Assembly: GCF_006345805.1 (NCBI RefSeq)
Contig: NC_042997.1
Coordinates: forward strand, 33,170,001-33,234,000
Length of the DNA stretch: 64,000 bases
Direction of reading: 5' to 3'
DNA from: Octopus sinensis
Taxonomy: Eukaryota
Below, in pieces: positions 1-11,612 of the stretch (its first letter is position 1; every line of letters starts with the position of its first letter). The notes under the pieces were generated by a model. The model made no database searches, was not told the DNA's origin, and saw nothing but the letters and a program-made list of their open reading frames with translations. The translations under genes were made by a program, and so were the position numbers.

Positions 1-571
1 TTGTTGGGTGAGTTGTATCCAATTATGGGTGGCTTATCTGTAGTTAAAACCTAACAGATTTTAAGCCAGTTTATTGATAGCTACAAATATTATGGACTAC
101 TAGAAACAAAGGAACAAAGACAAAACGCATATATCCACCCATGTATATATCCATCATACATATTATCCATCTGAGTTTGACAATGCTTTTTATCCTTTCA
201 GAGTCATCAAAATAAAGTACCAATAATGTACTTGAGTAGACTCAGTCAGTTATACCATTTTCCTATAAGTATGTGGCTTTTGTGTACCAATGAAATCATT
301 ATTAAAAAAGGAACAAAGATGTGATTTAGTTGCTAGACAACTGACAACTGGGATATGGATGAATTTGAACATGGTTACAATCATTCTGCAGTGACCAGGG
401 ACATGGTATAGCATTCTATTTATTGTAGTTTGCTTGGCTCACAATGTGTCCAAACTCTAGCTCATTGTAAAATGGTAGTGGTGGTGGTGGTGGTGGTGGT
501 GGTTTGTGATGGATTTGAGTCTATAATCCATTGAATCAAAGAATCACTTAAAAATATATATTTTCATCATG

Positions 572-1124
<553 letters not shown>

Positions 1125-1764
1125 ATGTTAATATCATACTGTTGTATCATGGTATGAATGTTATTTACCCCTGCTTCTATAGCTGTAGATTTCTTTTGTG
1201 GGAATTACAGAAGTTAGATACAATTACATTCATACCATTAAGTGATGTTGGAAGCAATGTGCTGTTTGTGTACCGTTTTCAATATTCTCTTCATTCTATA
1301 TTTGCACAGTAGCTATCTTTCATTGGTTGATTATGTATTTGTCCTGGTATCTTAGGAACTATTGAAGAAATGAAGACCCAATTTTTAAAAAATTATTACT
1401 AAGCAAAGTTTTTAAATATATATATATATATATATATAAATATGATAAAAATGATAAATGATAAATTTTTACAATGACAAAAATGATGATGATGATGATG
1501 AGAATGATGATGATAGTAGTAAAGGTGGTGTTGATGGTGAGGCTTATAGACAAAAATCAATCACCCAATAAATGAAATTAAGAGAAATGTATTCTCACAC
1601 TTAATTACATAGCAACATAATTTCTTACTGACATTGAGTATTAATAATACTAACTACATGTGGTAAAAAACATTTCTTTTTGTGTTCATTCTTTAATTAT
1701 TTATCATTTTGGTTTATATTGGGTCAAATATTTCCTTTGATCATGTAATAAACCATTTCAAATT

Positions 1765-2180
1765 GCAGCACAAGGCCAGCAATTTTCAGGAATGAGGGAA
1801 GTTGATTATGTTGTCCTCAATGTTCCACTCTCCTAGTTTGCTGGACATTGTTGTAGAGCTGAAAATGAGGTAATTTCTACTCTTCTCCTCTGGAAGCCAT
1901 CTACTCGCAATGCCAGAGGGCGCACACTCTCCTACCCTGATGTAATCTCCAGGGATACAGGCATCCAGCAACAGGACCTCCGTAATGCCATGATGGACTG
2001 TGAAGTCTGGCGTAGCATGGTAAATTCCATTGTCTCGACCACGGTCGAACAATGATGATGATGATGATGTTCCACTGGTACTTATTTTATCAACCCCGAA
2101 ATGATGAAAGGCAAAACTGACTTTAGCAGTATTTGAACTCAGAATGTAAAGAGACAGAAGAAAGGGCACTATGCATTTTG
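1765..2180 (-). mobile_element. Degenerate SINE family B (B2 tail), split by the RTE insertion
   Basis: cacaaggcc..aattttcagg tail on the left; ctggtacttattttatcaaccccgaaatgatgaaaggcaaa..tttgaactcagaatg on the right. Confidence 0.7.
1830..2066 (+). mobile_element. 5'-truncated RTE-clade LINE 3' end with (GAT)n tail
   Basis: Translates FAGHCCRAENEVISTLLLWKPSTRNARGRTLSYPDVISRDTGIQQQDLRNAMMDCEVWRSMVNSIVSTTVEQ*, followed by (GAT)n. Flanked by a 10-bp direct repeat atgttccact (1820-1829 and 2067-2076). Confidence 0.85.
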
Positions 2181-2334
2181 TCCAAAATGGTAATGGTTCT
2201 GCTAGCTTGTGATTATATGAAATCTTGTAATAAATGAAAATTGCTAGACATCAAGCTTAGTTTGTTTTAGTCATTTGTTTTGGCCATTTGTTCGGTTTTA
2301 CATCTATAGCAGTTAACCACTTGTAACTTAGTTT

Positions 2335-2567
2335 AAGGCGGCGAGCTGGCAGAATCGTTCGCATGCCGGACGAAATGCGTAGCCGTATTTCGTCTGCCGT
2401 TACGTTCAGAGTTCAAATTCCACTGAGGTAGACTTTGCCTTTCATCCTTTCGGGGTCGATAAATTAAGTACCAGTTACGCACTGGGGTCGATATAATCGA
2501 CTTAATCCGTTTGTCTGTCCTTGTTTGTCCCCTCTGTGTGTGGCCCCTTGTGGGTAGTAAAGAAATA
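2335..2567 (+). mobile_element. Full-length SINE family B (B1 tail; Meta/MESC-like central domain)
   Basis: aaggcggcgagctggcagaatcg (A box), gagttcaaattcc (B box), gactttgcctttcatcctttcggggtcgataaattaagtacc core, ends aaagaaata. 17-bp TSD cacttgtaacttagttt at 2318-2334 and 2568-2584. Confidence 0.92.
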
Positions 2568-3490
2568 CACTTGTAACTTAGTTTTCAAGTGCTATGACTG
2601 GCTTAATATTTCCCTTTCAAACTGTTTTTGTTTGAGTGTAGACAATCAAAAAAGAGCAGTTTGGTCTTGGCTGGTTTCTAAACACTACTGACACATAACC
2701 CATTTGTAAAAAAAATTGTATGTTTTTCTATCAAACAGCATAGTTTTAACAAGCACACTCACATACACACATCATCATCACACATACATACACATACACA
2801 AATATGTATTAAATGATACACTATGGAACATATGACTTCAATAATTCTAATTAATCATATATCCCAGAAGATTTATGTTTGATTATTGACTGGTATATAC
2901 AGAGTATGATTGAGAGGGGATGAATGATTTTCGTTGCTCTAAAACTGAATGCTATATTGAAATAATGGTTTTCCTGATGTTAGAAATGTATGTTTTTCCT
3001 ATATATTGTAAAATAACGCTTAATGATAGATATATTGTTGTATAAAATCTATCTCTCTGTTTTGGATACTAACTGCAGTATAATATTAAAAAGTAGCAGT
3101 TACACATTGCAAAACAGTAAAAGAAACACACACACACACATGCATGTGCCCACAAGTGCACACACACACACACAAGTGAGTAGGTGTGTATAAAATATAA
3201 CAAAACAATTCTGTGTATGTGTGTGTGTGTAGTATTTGTTGTAGCTATTATTAAATGCCACATCATAGTAAGTATGATGCTTGACAGTTTACATATAACA
3301 ACAGCTGTTGTCACATACTAAAAACAAAGCACTTGTAGATTTTGTATCACTACCAACTCTAAGAACTCATATCTTTAACTTATATCTTTGAGTGTGTGTA
3401 CATGTGTGTGTGTGTGTTGGTGTAGGTGTATATGTGTGTAGTGAAAGAGAAGTTGGCATAAACAATAGAAAGATTATTTATTTGCATTCT

Positions 3491-3582
3491 AGAATCTAGT
3501 TCAGTATCTTAGCTTCTCGTTATAAAATTCTTATCCCTTGAGGAATTTGAATGCGTAAAGGTAAGATACTGAACTAGATTCT
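3491..3582. repeat. 92-bp palindromic element with perfect 21-bp inverted arms (small MITE-like)
   Basis: agaatctagttcagtatctta (3491-3511) is the exact reverse complement of taagatactgaactagattct (3562-3582). Confidence 0.85.
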
Positions 3583-3814
3583 TCTTAGATAGAGAAAGAT
3601 ATACTAGAGTTGGACTGGAAGCTGACAGAAATGGTAAGGCAACAAATTAATTATCCTACACAAGTTTGTTTTTGTCTCCCAACATTCAAAGTTCAAATTC
3701 CATCAGAGATAATTTTGTGCTTGGCTCCTGTGAGAGTTAATGAATTAACTATTAGTTATACACATATGCACACAACATACATACATATGCATATAACATA
3801 CACACAGGTATATA

Positions 3815-4647
3815 GAGGATGTCTGGGATAAATTTGATGATTTTTTTATACCTCCTTTTTGCAGGAACAGCTTAATTTATTTGGTGAAGAGTCAACAGAG
3901 AGCATAAAAATTAAAGATGTAGATGAAGAAAGGTTATCTGATGTGGAGGACTGGAAGCCATTTGAACATTAGAAAGAGCTACCTGTATCATGATGATTCA
4001 TTATACAGGTGTCAAAATGCCAACATCATGCTCTGTGAACACTATAAAAGCTGTAAGATATGACATGGACTGCTACAACACAGACTATGAAGTTGTAGCC
4101 AGCAGGAAGGGATTTAGCAGATGTTCTAACTGTGTCTGCATGCCAGAATACATCCTCACATCTTTGAACAGGGTCTTAGACTCAATTCAGATGGCTATGT
4201 GAAGTTGCTGGAGACTGTGGTCAATCCCTGGCTCCAGCTCTGGATTGCTATGGAAAGGCCATATGTGTGGCAGCAGGATTTGGCTCTTTCCCAAACCTCT
4301 GGAGAGTTAGAAGTGGTTGTCGGAAAATTTATTACAACTTCACCAACCCCAATATCTGGCCTTCACATTCCCCCCAGATGTAATCCTGTGGATTACTATG
4401 TGTGGTGCACACTTTATTAAAACACCAACCACTTTGCCTGCAACACCAAGCCAAGATCAAGGTGACGTCCAAATATCTTCCCAGAGATACAATGAGGGAC
4501 TCATGCACTAGGTTCTGGAGTAACCTTGAAGCTATGGAAGAACAGAATGTTATTTTTTGATTTTTTTAAGATAATTTTATTTTTGGATGGGCAATTGTAT
4601 TATCTTTGCCTTTTATGCAAATTGTCAAATTTAACCCAAACACACTG
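3815..4647 (+). mobile_element. Degenerate, internally deleted Tc1/mariner transposon (DD37D/maT-like)
   Basis: Imperfect TIRs (gaggatgtctgggataaatttga versus the reverse complement cagtgtgtttgggttaaatttga), TA at both ends. Frameshifted transposase pieces GYVKLLETVVNPWL, RPYVWQQD, NFTNPNIWP, CNPVDYYVW. Confidence 0.85.
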
Positions 4648-4739
4648 TATATACATGTATATGTGTGTATATGTGTATATGTATGTGAATATACATACAC
4701 ACAAACACACAAACACACATATATACATATACATATATA

Positions 4740-4971
4740 TTCTTTTATTCTTTTACTTGGCCATACTGGAGTAAGGGTTTTAGTCAAAGAAATTGACCCC
4801 AGGACTTCTTTGTAAGCCTGGCACATTTGTTGGTCTCTTTTGCCGAACCATTAAATTACGGGGACATAAACAAACCAGCATTGGCTGTCAAGTGATGGCA
4901 TAGAGACAGACACACACATGCACACACACACACACATGCACACACACACACATGCACACACACACACACAT

Positions 4972-5004
<33 letters not shown>

Positions 5005-5165
5005 ACAGGCTTCTTTCAGTTTCCGTCTACCAAATCCACTCACAAGCTTTGGTCAGTCCGAGGCTATAATAGAAGACACTTGCTCAAGGTGCCATGCAGT
5101 GGGACTGAACCCGGATCCATGTGCTTGGGAAGCAAGCTTCTTACCGCACAGCCACACCTGTGCCT
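4740..5165 (-). mobile_element. SINE family A
   Basis: Same head, core and tail as the other A copies; internal (CA)n. Confidence 0.85.
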
Positions 5166-5172
5166 ATATATA

Positions 5173-5386
5173 CAGAGTCTACCAAAAAAAATGTATACAC
5201 TTTTCAGGAGAAGAAATACCTGTATAAATATTTAACTTGTATAATTACCTCTATAAATATAGATACCTCTTTCGATGGTTTATCAGATTGTGATAACACT
5301 GAACAAATTGCAATAACACTGAATAAAAATATTTATACAGATTTTTCCTTTCCTGAAATGTGTATGCATTTTTTCTGCAAACTCTG
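5173..5386. mobile_element. Tc1/mariner-type MITE, about 214 bp
   Basis: About 60-bp imperfect TIRs (cagagtctaccaaaaaaaatgtatacac.. / ..gtgtatgcattttttctgcaaactctg), TA on both sides, no ORF. Confidence 0.8.
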
Positions 5387-5387
5387 T

Positions 5388-5418
<31 letters not shown>

Positions 5419-5445
5419 CATACATACATACATACATATATATAT

Positions 5446-5841
5446 GGCGCAGGAGTGGCTGTGTGGTAAGCAGCTTGCTTACCAGCCACATGGTTCTGGG
5501 TTCAGTCCCACTGCGTGGCACCTTGGGCAAGTGTCTTCTACTATAGCATCGAGCCGACCAAAGCCTTGTGAGTGGATTTGGTAGACGGAAACTGAAAGAA
5601 GCCCGTCGTATATATGTATATATATATATATGCGTGTGTGTGTTTGTCCCCCTAGCATTGCTTGACAACCGATGCTGGTGTGTTTATGTGCCCGTTACTT
5701 AGCGGTTCGGCAAAAAAGACCGATAGAATAAGTACTGGGCTTACAAAAGAATAAGTCCCGGGGTCGAGTTGCTCGATTAAAGGCGGTGCTCCAGCATGGC
5801 CACAGTCAAATGACTGAAACAAGTGAAAGAGTAAAAGAGTA
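5446..5841 (+). mobile_element. Full-length SINE family A
   Basis: ggcgcaggagtggctgtgtggtaag..gggttcagtccc head through aaagagtaaaagagta tail. Confidence 0.92.
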
Positions 5842-6299
5842 AATATATAAATAAACACACATGCACACACAGATGTAATATGGTGGTGGTTTTAATTCGA
5901 AAGTAAAGAACTAAAGCCTCTCTATTGAGTGGTGGGGAAAACTTATTAAAACCTCTCTGCTTGTTCTGCAAAAATTAAATCAGAAGCCGTACTTCTGAGA
6001 TGACAACATACTGTTAAGTAAAAATACATTGCTAATGTCAAGAAACTGATAATTCATCTTCTATGCTATATAACATTTCATTCTAGCCATGCTGTTTACG
6101 TGTTTCTAAAAGATTCAAACATAAAAAGAGTCTGTTTTTACCTCTTGAAGAAATTTATAATCATTAGAGTTATAAACTATGTGCAGGGAAATAGTTTTTG
6201 CATTATTTTCTAATACAACTTTTGACATGACTTGTTAAAGGTGTCTTTTCAACTTTATATAGTATACTATGTTCCATAAATATATTGGGTAAAATCTTT

Positions 6300-6760
6300 T
6301 ATCTTTTGACTTTTATTTGTTTCAGTCATTGGACTATGCTGGGGCACCATCTTGAAGGGTTTTGATTAAATGAAGGTCCACAGCTCTTCAATACCCTGCC
6401 ACCAAGATTAAGAAATCTACATTATGTGGATATAGATGTCTTCAAAAAGGGACTAGACTTCTGCTTCTCCACAATATCAGATGAACCAATAGCTCAGCAA
6501 GAAGTACTGACAAGGGCAGTGGAATCAAACTCTCTCATACACTAAATGGGCCAACAGTTGGGACAAAGGCACATACAGGAGTGGTGATGTGAACCCCGCC
6601 ATCAAAGAAAATCAGCAAAACTACAGTGGTGCTCCAGCATAACTGCAGCTGCATGACTGCAACAAATAAAAGAATAAAAGAAAGTACTTATTCTGTTAAT
6701 CTCTTCTGATGAACCACTAAGTTACAGGGACGTAAAGAAACCAGCACTGGTTGTCTAGCT
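6300..6760 (-). mobile_element. Degenerate SINE A, split by a LINE fragment
   Basis: Tail ttttatttgtttcagtcattggact..gcacc at 6310-6350; resumes gtacttattc..aagttacagggacgtaaa..accagca after about 6683. Confidence 0.6.
6370..6682 (+). mobile_element. CR1/L2-group LINE 3' fragment (ORF2 C-terminus plus 3' UTR)
   Basis: EGPQLFNTLPPRLRNLHYVDIDVFKKGLDFCFSTISDEPIAQQEVLTRAVESNSLIH* (stop 6543-6545). The UTR ends gtggtgctccagcat..atgactgcaacaaataaaagaataaaag. Confidence 0.75.
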
Positions 6761-6825
6761 GTGGTAAGAGACAGAATTTAAAAAGTCAGAAGTAAATTAT
6801 TATACCCAAGTAAAAGCAAAAAAGA

Positions 6826-7530
6826 AAGGACCTTGCTTCCCAACCACATGGTTCTGGATTCAGTCCCACTGCATGGCACCTTGGACAAGTGTCTTCTTAT
6901 TTCTTTATTGCCCACAAGGGGCTAAACATAGAGAGGACAAACAAGGACAGACAAAGGGATTAAGTCGATTACATCAACTTCAGTGCGTAACTGGTACTTA
7001 ATTTATCGACCCCAAAAGGATGAAAGGCAAAGTCGACCTCAGCAGAATTTGAACTCAGAATGTAACAGCAGACGAAATACCTATTTCTTTACTATCCACA
7101 AGGGGCTAAACACAGAGGGGACAAACAAGGACAGACAAGCAGATTAAGTCGATTACATTGACCCCAGTGCGTAACTGGTACTTAATTTATCAACCCCGAA
7201 AGGATGAAAGGCAAAGTCGACCTCGGCACGATTTGAACTCAGGATGTAACGGCAGACGAAATATCGCTAAGCATTTCGCCCGGCATGCTAATGTTTCTGC
7301 CTTGTGAGTGGATTTGGTAGATGGAAACTATGTATGTACCCCATCACCACTTGCCAACTGGTGTTGGAGTGTTTACGTCCCTATAACTTAGCAGTTTTGT
7401 AAAAGAGACCGATAAAATAAGTACCTAGCTTAAAATACAATAAGTACTGGAGTTGATTCATTTGACTAAAGTTCAAGGTGGTGCTTCACTATGACCACAG
7501 TCTAATGACTGAAACAGGTAGAAGATAAAA
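6826..7530 (+). mobile_element. SINE A, interrupted by a SINE-B dimer
   Basis: Head ttgcttcccaaccacatggttctggattcagtccc..caagtgtcttc; resumes ttgtgagtggatttggtag at about 7302; tail gactgaaacaggtagaagataaaag. Confidence 0.75.
6897..7301 (-). mobile_element. SINE B1 head-to-tail dimer
   Basis: Two B1 bodies joined at 7080/7081 (gacgaaatac|ctatttcttt); unit 184 bp. Confidence 0.9.
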
Positions 7531-8315
7531 GATTTAAAAAAAATATTCTTAAGAATTTAAAAAAGGTCCTTACTTTAAGCTGCAGGATTTACTGTTCCAT
7601 TTCAATTTTTTCTAAAATACCTACCAATATTTTTACTTATCAATGAACCAACTAGCATCTGGCTCTTCTTAAATATGAAATGAACTCAAAAAGTAAGTAT
7701 ATGTCTCCAAATCATTGGAATGCATACAGTGGATGAGAATTTTACAGCTGATGACATTTCATAAAAAGTCTGATACATAAACCTCTTAGAGAGAGAAGAA
7801 ATGAAGCATAAAGAATTAAGTCTCCACAAACAAAACAATGGAAACTTCTGCTACTGCAAATTTGAACTTTCAAGTTAGCCGAGAGAACATTACTTTACCC
7901 AATCAGTCGTGCACATACATGCACGCATGCGTGTGCACACACATGCACACACCACATATGTACATATACTCACACAAGCTCATAAAGCCCGTGTGAAACC
8001 TTGGAATGAAATATTCTGCTCGAAAAAACATGACAATATATGTATGCCTGCATGCATGAAATGTGTGTGTACATGTGAAGTATGTATGCGTGTATGAGTA
8101 TGCATATGTGTGAACGTGTGTATTGTATGTGTGTATATGAATATGCAGAGTATGAGATGTGTTGGTACAATCATTTTGGTGCCGCCTATTTGGAATATCC
8201 CTGATTCAAGGCTGACTTATTTGACATCAAACATTTCTCTGTTTCTCTTGTTCTCTTCCTCCTTCTCTCTCTCTCTCTCTCTCTCTCTCTAGCAGGAGAA
8301 AGATAGTGTTTATGT

Positions 8316-8542
8316 TTAGCCTTTTGGCATTTAAACCAGCCATATCCAGTCCAAATATTCAACTTGTTTTAGGTTTAAACTGACCATATATGGCCTCTCA
8401 CACCTAGCCTACACTGTCATTCTAAAAATAGACAAACACATCATCAATATCTCAAATCTGTAAGATAATGCATAATTAATTCAAAACGATGTGAATAGAT
8501 AAGCATTACATTTGACAGAGTAACATGAATGCAAAAAGTTAA
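8316..8542. mobile_element. piggyBac-like MITE (TTAA/CCCTT termini), degenerate
   Basis: Homologous to 61770-61999 along its length; ends gcattacatttgacagag..aatgc.aaaagttaa. Confidence 0.7.
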
Positions 8543-8585
8543 TTAATGAATTATAATATCTCTCTTTCCCATTCACACTCTTTCT

Positions 8586-9445
8586 ATCTTCATCATCATC
8601 ATCGTCGTTTAATATCCACTTTCCATTAGACATTAGACATCCAGCAGAGCATACTAGATTCATTTCTTTCAAGCCTATGCATGTCCTCAGCAATCACAGC
8701 CCATGTTTCACTACTATGTAGCATGGCTGTTCGCACACATGCATCATATAGTCTACCTTTCACTCTGAGCAAGAGACCCTTTGTTACCAGCAGAGGTAGG
8801 AGCTGTCTGAACTTTTCCCAGGCTGTTCTTATTCTAGCAGCTACACTCTCAGAGCATCCACCTCAAATGCTGACTTGGTCACCTAGATAACGGAAGCTAT
8901 CAATTACTTCTAGTTTTTTTCCCCCTGCATGTGATGGAAGCTGTTCTTTTCACATTTTCAGTGTTTATTGCCCCCATGCATATGCCACACACAAAATCTA
9001 TCTTCCCAGTTAACTTTATTGCTGCACCTCTTATGTGTCCATAGCTTACACCAGGTACATCTTGTGGAGTTTCTACCTACTCCTTTCCTACTGACTGAGC
9101 AAGGCCATATACCTGAAGGGATTTGTGGTTTATCTGCCTTCCTACTTACTAAGACTTTGGCTTTTGCTAGATTGACTCTAAGCACTTCGATTCTAGAACT
9201 TGCTTCCACATCTGAAAATTCTCCTCTAGATCTGGTAGTGACTCAGCTATTAGAGCAAGGTCATCAGCATAGAGGAGCTCCCAGGGGGCAGCCTATCTTG
9301 AATTCCTCTGTTATTGCCTGAAGGACTATGATGAATAAGAGGGAGTTGAGGACTGATCCTTGGAATTCTTCACTATACTTGTTGCCATCCTCACCTTACT
9401 GACAGTATCCCTGCACATAGCTTGTACAGCTCTCACTAATCATTC
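8586..9445 (-). mobile_element. RTE-type LINE reverse-transcriptase fragment
   Basis: Minus strand reads GSVLNSLLFIIVLQAITEEFKIGCPWELLYADDLALIAES (YADD at about 9259-9272), LRVNLAKAKVLVSRK, a Cys-rich CRKGVGRNS..C..CKLWTHKRCS segment, LEVIDSFRYLGDQ and AWEKFRQLLPLL, then an abrupt jump to the (GAT)n tail at about 8590. Confidence 0.9.
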
Positions 9446-9620
9446 ATCATCATCATCATCATCGTTTAACGTCTGCTTTCCATGCTGGCATGGGTTGGAT
9501 GGTTTGACTGTGGACTGGCAAGCCAGAAGGCTTCACCAGGCTCCAGTCTGATCTGGCAAGGTTTCTACAGCTTGATGCCCTTCCTAACACCAACCAGTCC
9601 GAGTGTGTAGTGGATGCTTG
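9445..9620 (-). mobile_element. RTE 3'-end copy (family C)
   Basis: (ATC)n followed by gtttaacgtctgctttccatgctggcatgggttggatgg..gatgcccttcctaacaccaacc. Confidence 0.85.
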
Positions 9621-10052
9621 TGCTTGTGCCTCTTAACACTCATCTATCCCTATATTTCTGCATGTGTGTGTGTGAAGGTGTGTTTGCCAAAAAGTACTAT
9701 TATCAAAATAGGTTGAATGTCCAGTCAACTGTGCCAAGTTATCAGCATCCAAGCCGTGATGGTGATGCTCAGTCATCACATTCTAGAATATACTGATCTG
9801 TGAATGAATATAAGTATGCATGTAGTGTATATGCATATACACATGTGCATAAGAGTCTGCATGTGGATACATACACACATGGGATATGTGAAGATGCATA
9901 TGACATGATTCTTGGGGCCAGTAAATGACAGCAGTGGTGTTCGGCCATTTCTAGTTTCATACTCTTACAGATGTACATATGCACTCACACATATGCACAC
10001 TCATGCATGCAGCCCACACATAACACACACAAACATATATAACATATATATA

Positions 10053-10220
10053 TATTATTAAAAAGATAATTTAAGGTATCTAAGAGATACCACCATGCTG
10101 GAAATAGCAGCCAAAACATGACTCTAAAACCATATTAACATAGTTTTAGAGTCAAATTTTTGCTGCTATTTCCAGCGTGGTGGTATCTCTTAGATACCCT
10201 AAATTATAATTTTAATAATA
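10053..10220. repeat. Fold-back element, about 65-75-bp arms and 12-nt loop, between (TA)n tracts
   Basis: ataatttaaggtatctaagagataccaccatgctggaaatagcagc..gactctaaaac (10066-10130) is inverted at 10143-10207. Confidence 0.85.
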
Positions 10221-10323
10221 ATTATTACCACTGAAGGTTTTTATTCCCATGCTCGCCACTTGATAAGATTGATATTTAAATAACGATCTTATCCTTAATT
10301 ATATAAATTTATATATATATATA

Positions 10324-10456
10324 TCATCATCATCATCATCGTTTAGCGTCCGTTTTCCATGCTAGCATGGGTTGGACGGTTCTACTGGGGTCTGTGAAGC
10401 CAGAAGGCTTCATCAGGCCCAGTCAAATCTGGCAGTGTTTCTACGGCTGGATGCCC
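10324..10456 (-). mobile_element. RTE 3'-end copy (family C)
   Basis: (ATC)n gtttagcgtccgttttccatgctagcatgggttggacgg..ctggatgccctt. Confidence 0.85.
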
Positions 10457-10674
10457 TTATACACATATACACACTCACATGCAATTGCACAATGTACATA
10501 TACATGTATGGATACCATGTATACACACAGCACATTGCAATCACCACACACACACATGTACACATCTCAAAACACTGATAACACATCAGATGCATATTAC
10601 ATACACACTCCTTAAAACCTTAACAACACACCATATATATGTATATATATATATATATATATTATATATATTAT

Positions 10675-10719
<45 letters not shown>

Positions 10720-10879
10720 ACAACATACATCTCAAAAACTTCACAGCCCATACAATACATATTGCGTATTACACATCTCAAAACCCCCGATAACACACCA
10801 GGTCAGAAGCCACATAACGCACTAAATACATGCCATACATCACAACTCTTGCACACAAGCATACAGCTGCCACAAAATA

Positions 10880-11612
10880 CACAAACACACAGACATTATA
10901 TTACACACATACACATACAAACACACACCAAACCACACACTCACACACACAACACACATGCATGCACACACACACACACACACACAGAATGACACAAACA
11001 CACAGACATTATATTACGCACATACACATACAAACACACACCAAACCACACACTCACACACACAACACACATGCATGCACACACACACACACACACACAC
11101 AGAATGACACAAACACACAGACATTATATTACACACATACACATACAAACACACACCAAACCACACACCACCACACACAACACACATGCAGCACACACAC
11201 ACACACAACACAACACACCACACACACACAGAATGACACAAACACACAGACATTATATTACGCACATACACATACAAACACACACCAAACCACACACTCA
11301 CACACACAACACACATGCATGCACACACACACACACACACAGACACACACAGACACACACACACACACAGAATGACACAAACACACAGACATTATATTAC
11401 GCACATACACATACAAACACACACCAAACCACACACTCACACACACAACACACATGCACGCACACACACACACACACACAGAATGACACAAACACACAGA
11501 CATTATATTACACACATACACATACAAACACACACCAAACCACACACATACACAACACAAGCATACTCACACACACACACACAGAGAATGACACAAACAC
11601 ACAGACATTATT
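10880..11612. repeat. Minisatellite, 7 units of about 105-140 bp built on (CA)n
   Basis: Anchor agacattat at 10891, 11004, 11119, 11248, 11387, 11498 and 11603. Confidence 0.9.

Noticed and set aside
3865-3971. Apparent terminal exon (tttttgcag| EQLNLFGEE..WKPFEH*)
   Set aside because: Lies inside the mariner element; its end overlaps the decayed transposase N-terminus.
5446-5520. tRNA genes at SINE heads (families A, B, F)
   Set aside because: A/B boxes are present but there is no full cloverleaf, and each continues into a SINE body.
6705-6720. Other CTGATGA matches (6706, 7748, 32905, 37601)
   Set aside because: No stem II, GAAA or stem III downstream.
10880-11612. CRISPR-like repeat-spacer pattern
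   Set aside because: Eukaryotic context; linkers are (CA)n variants rather than unique spacers; no cas genes.
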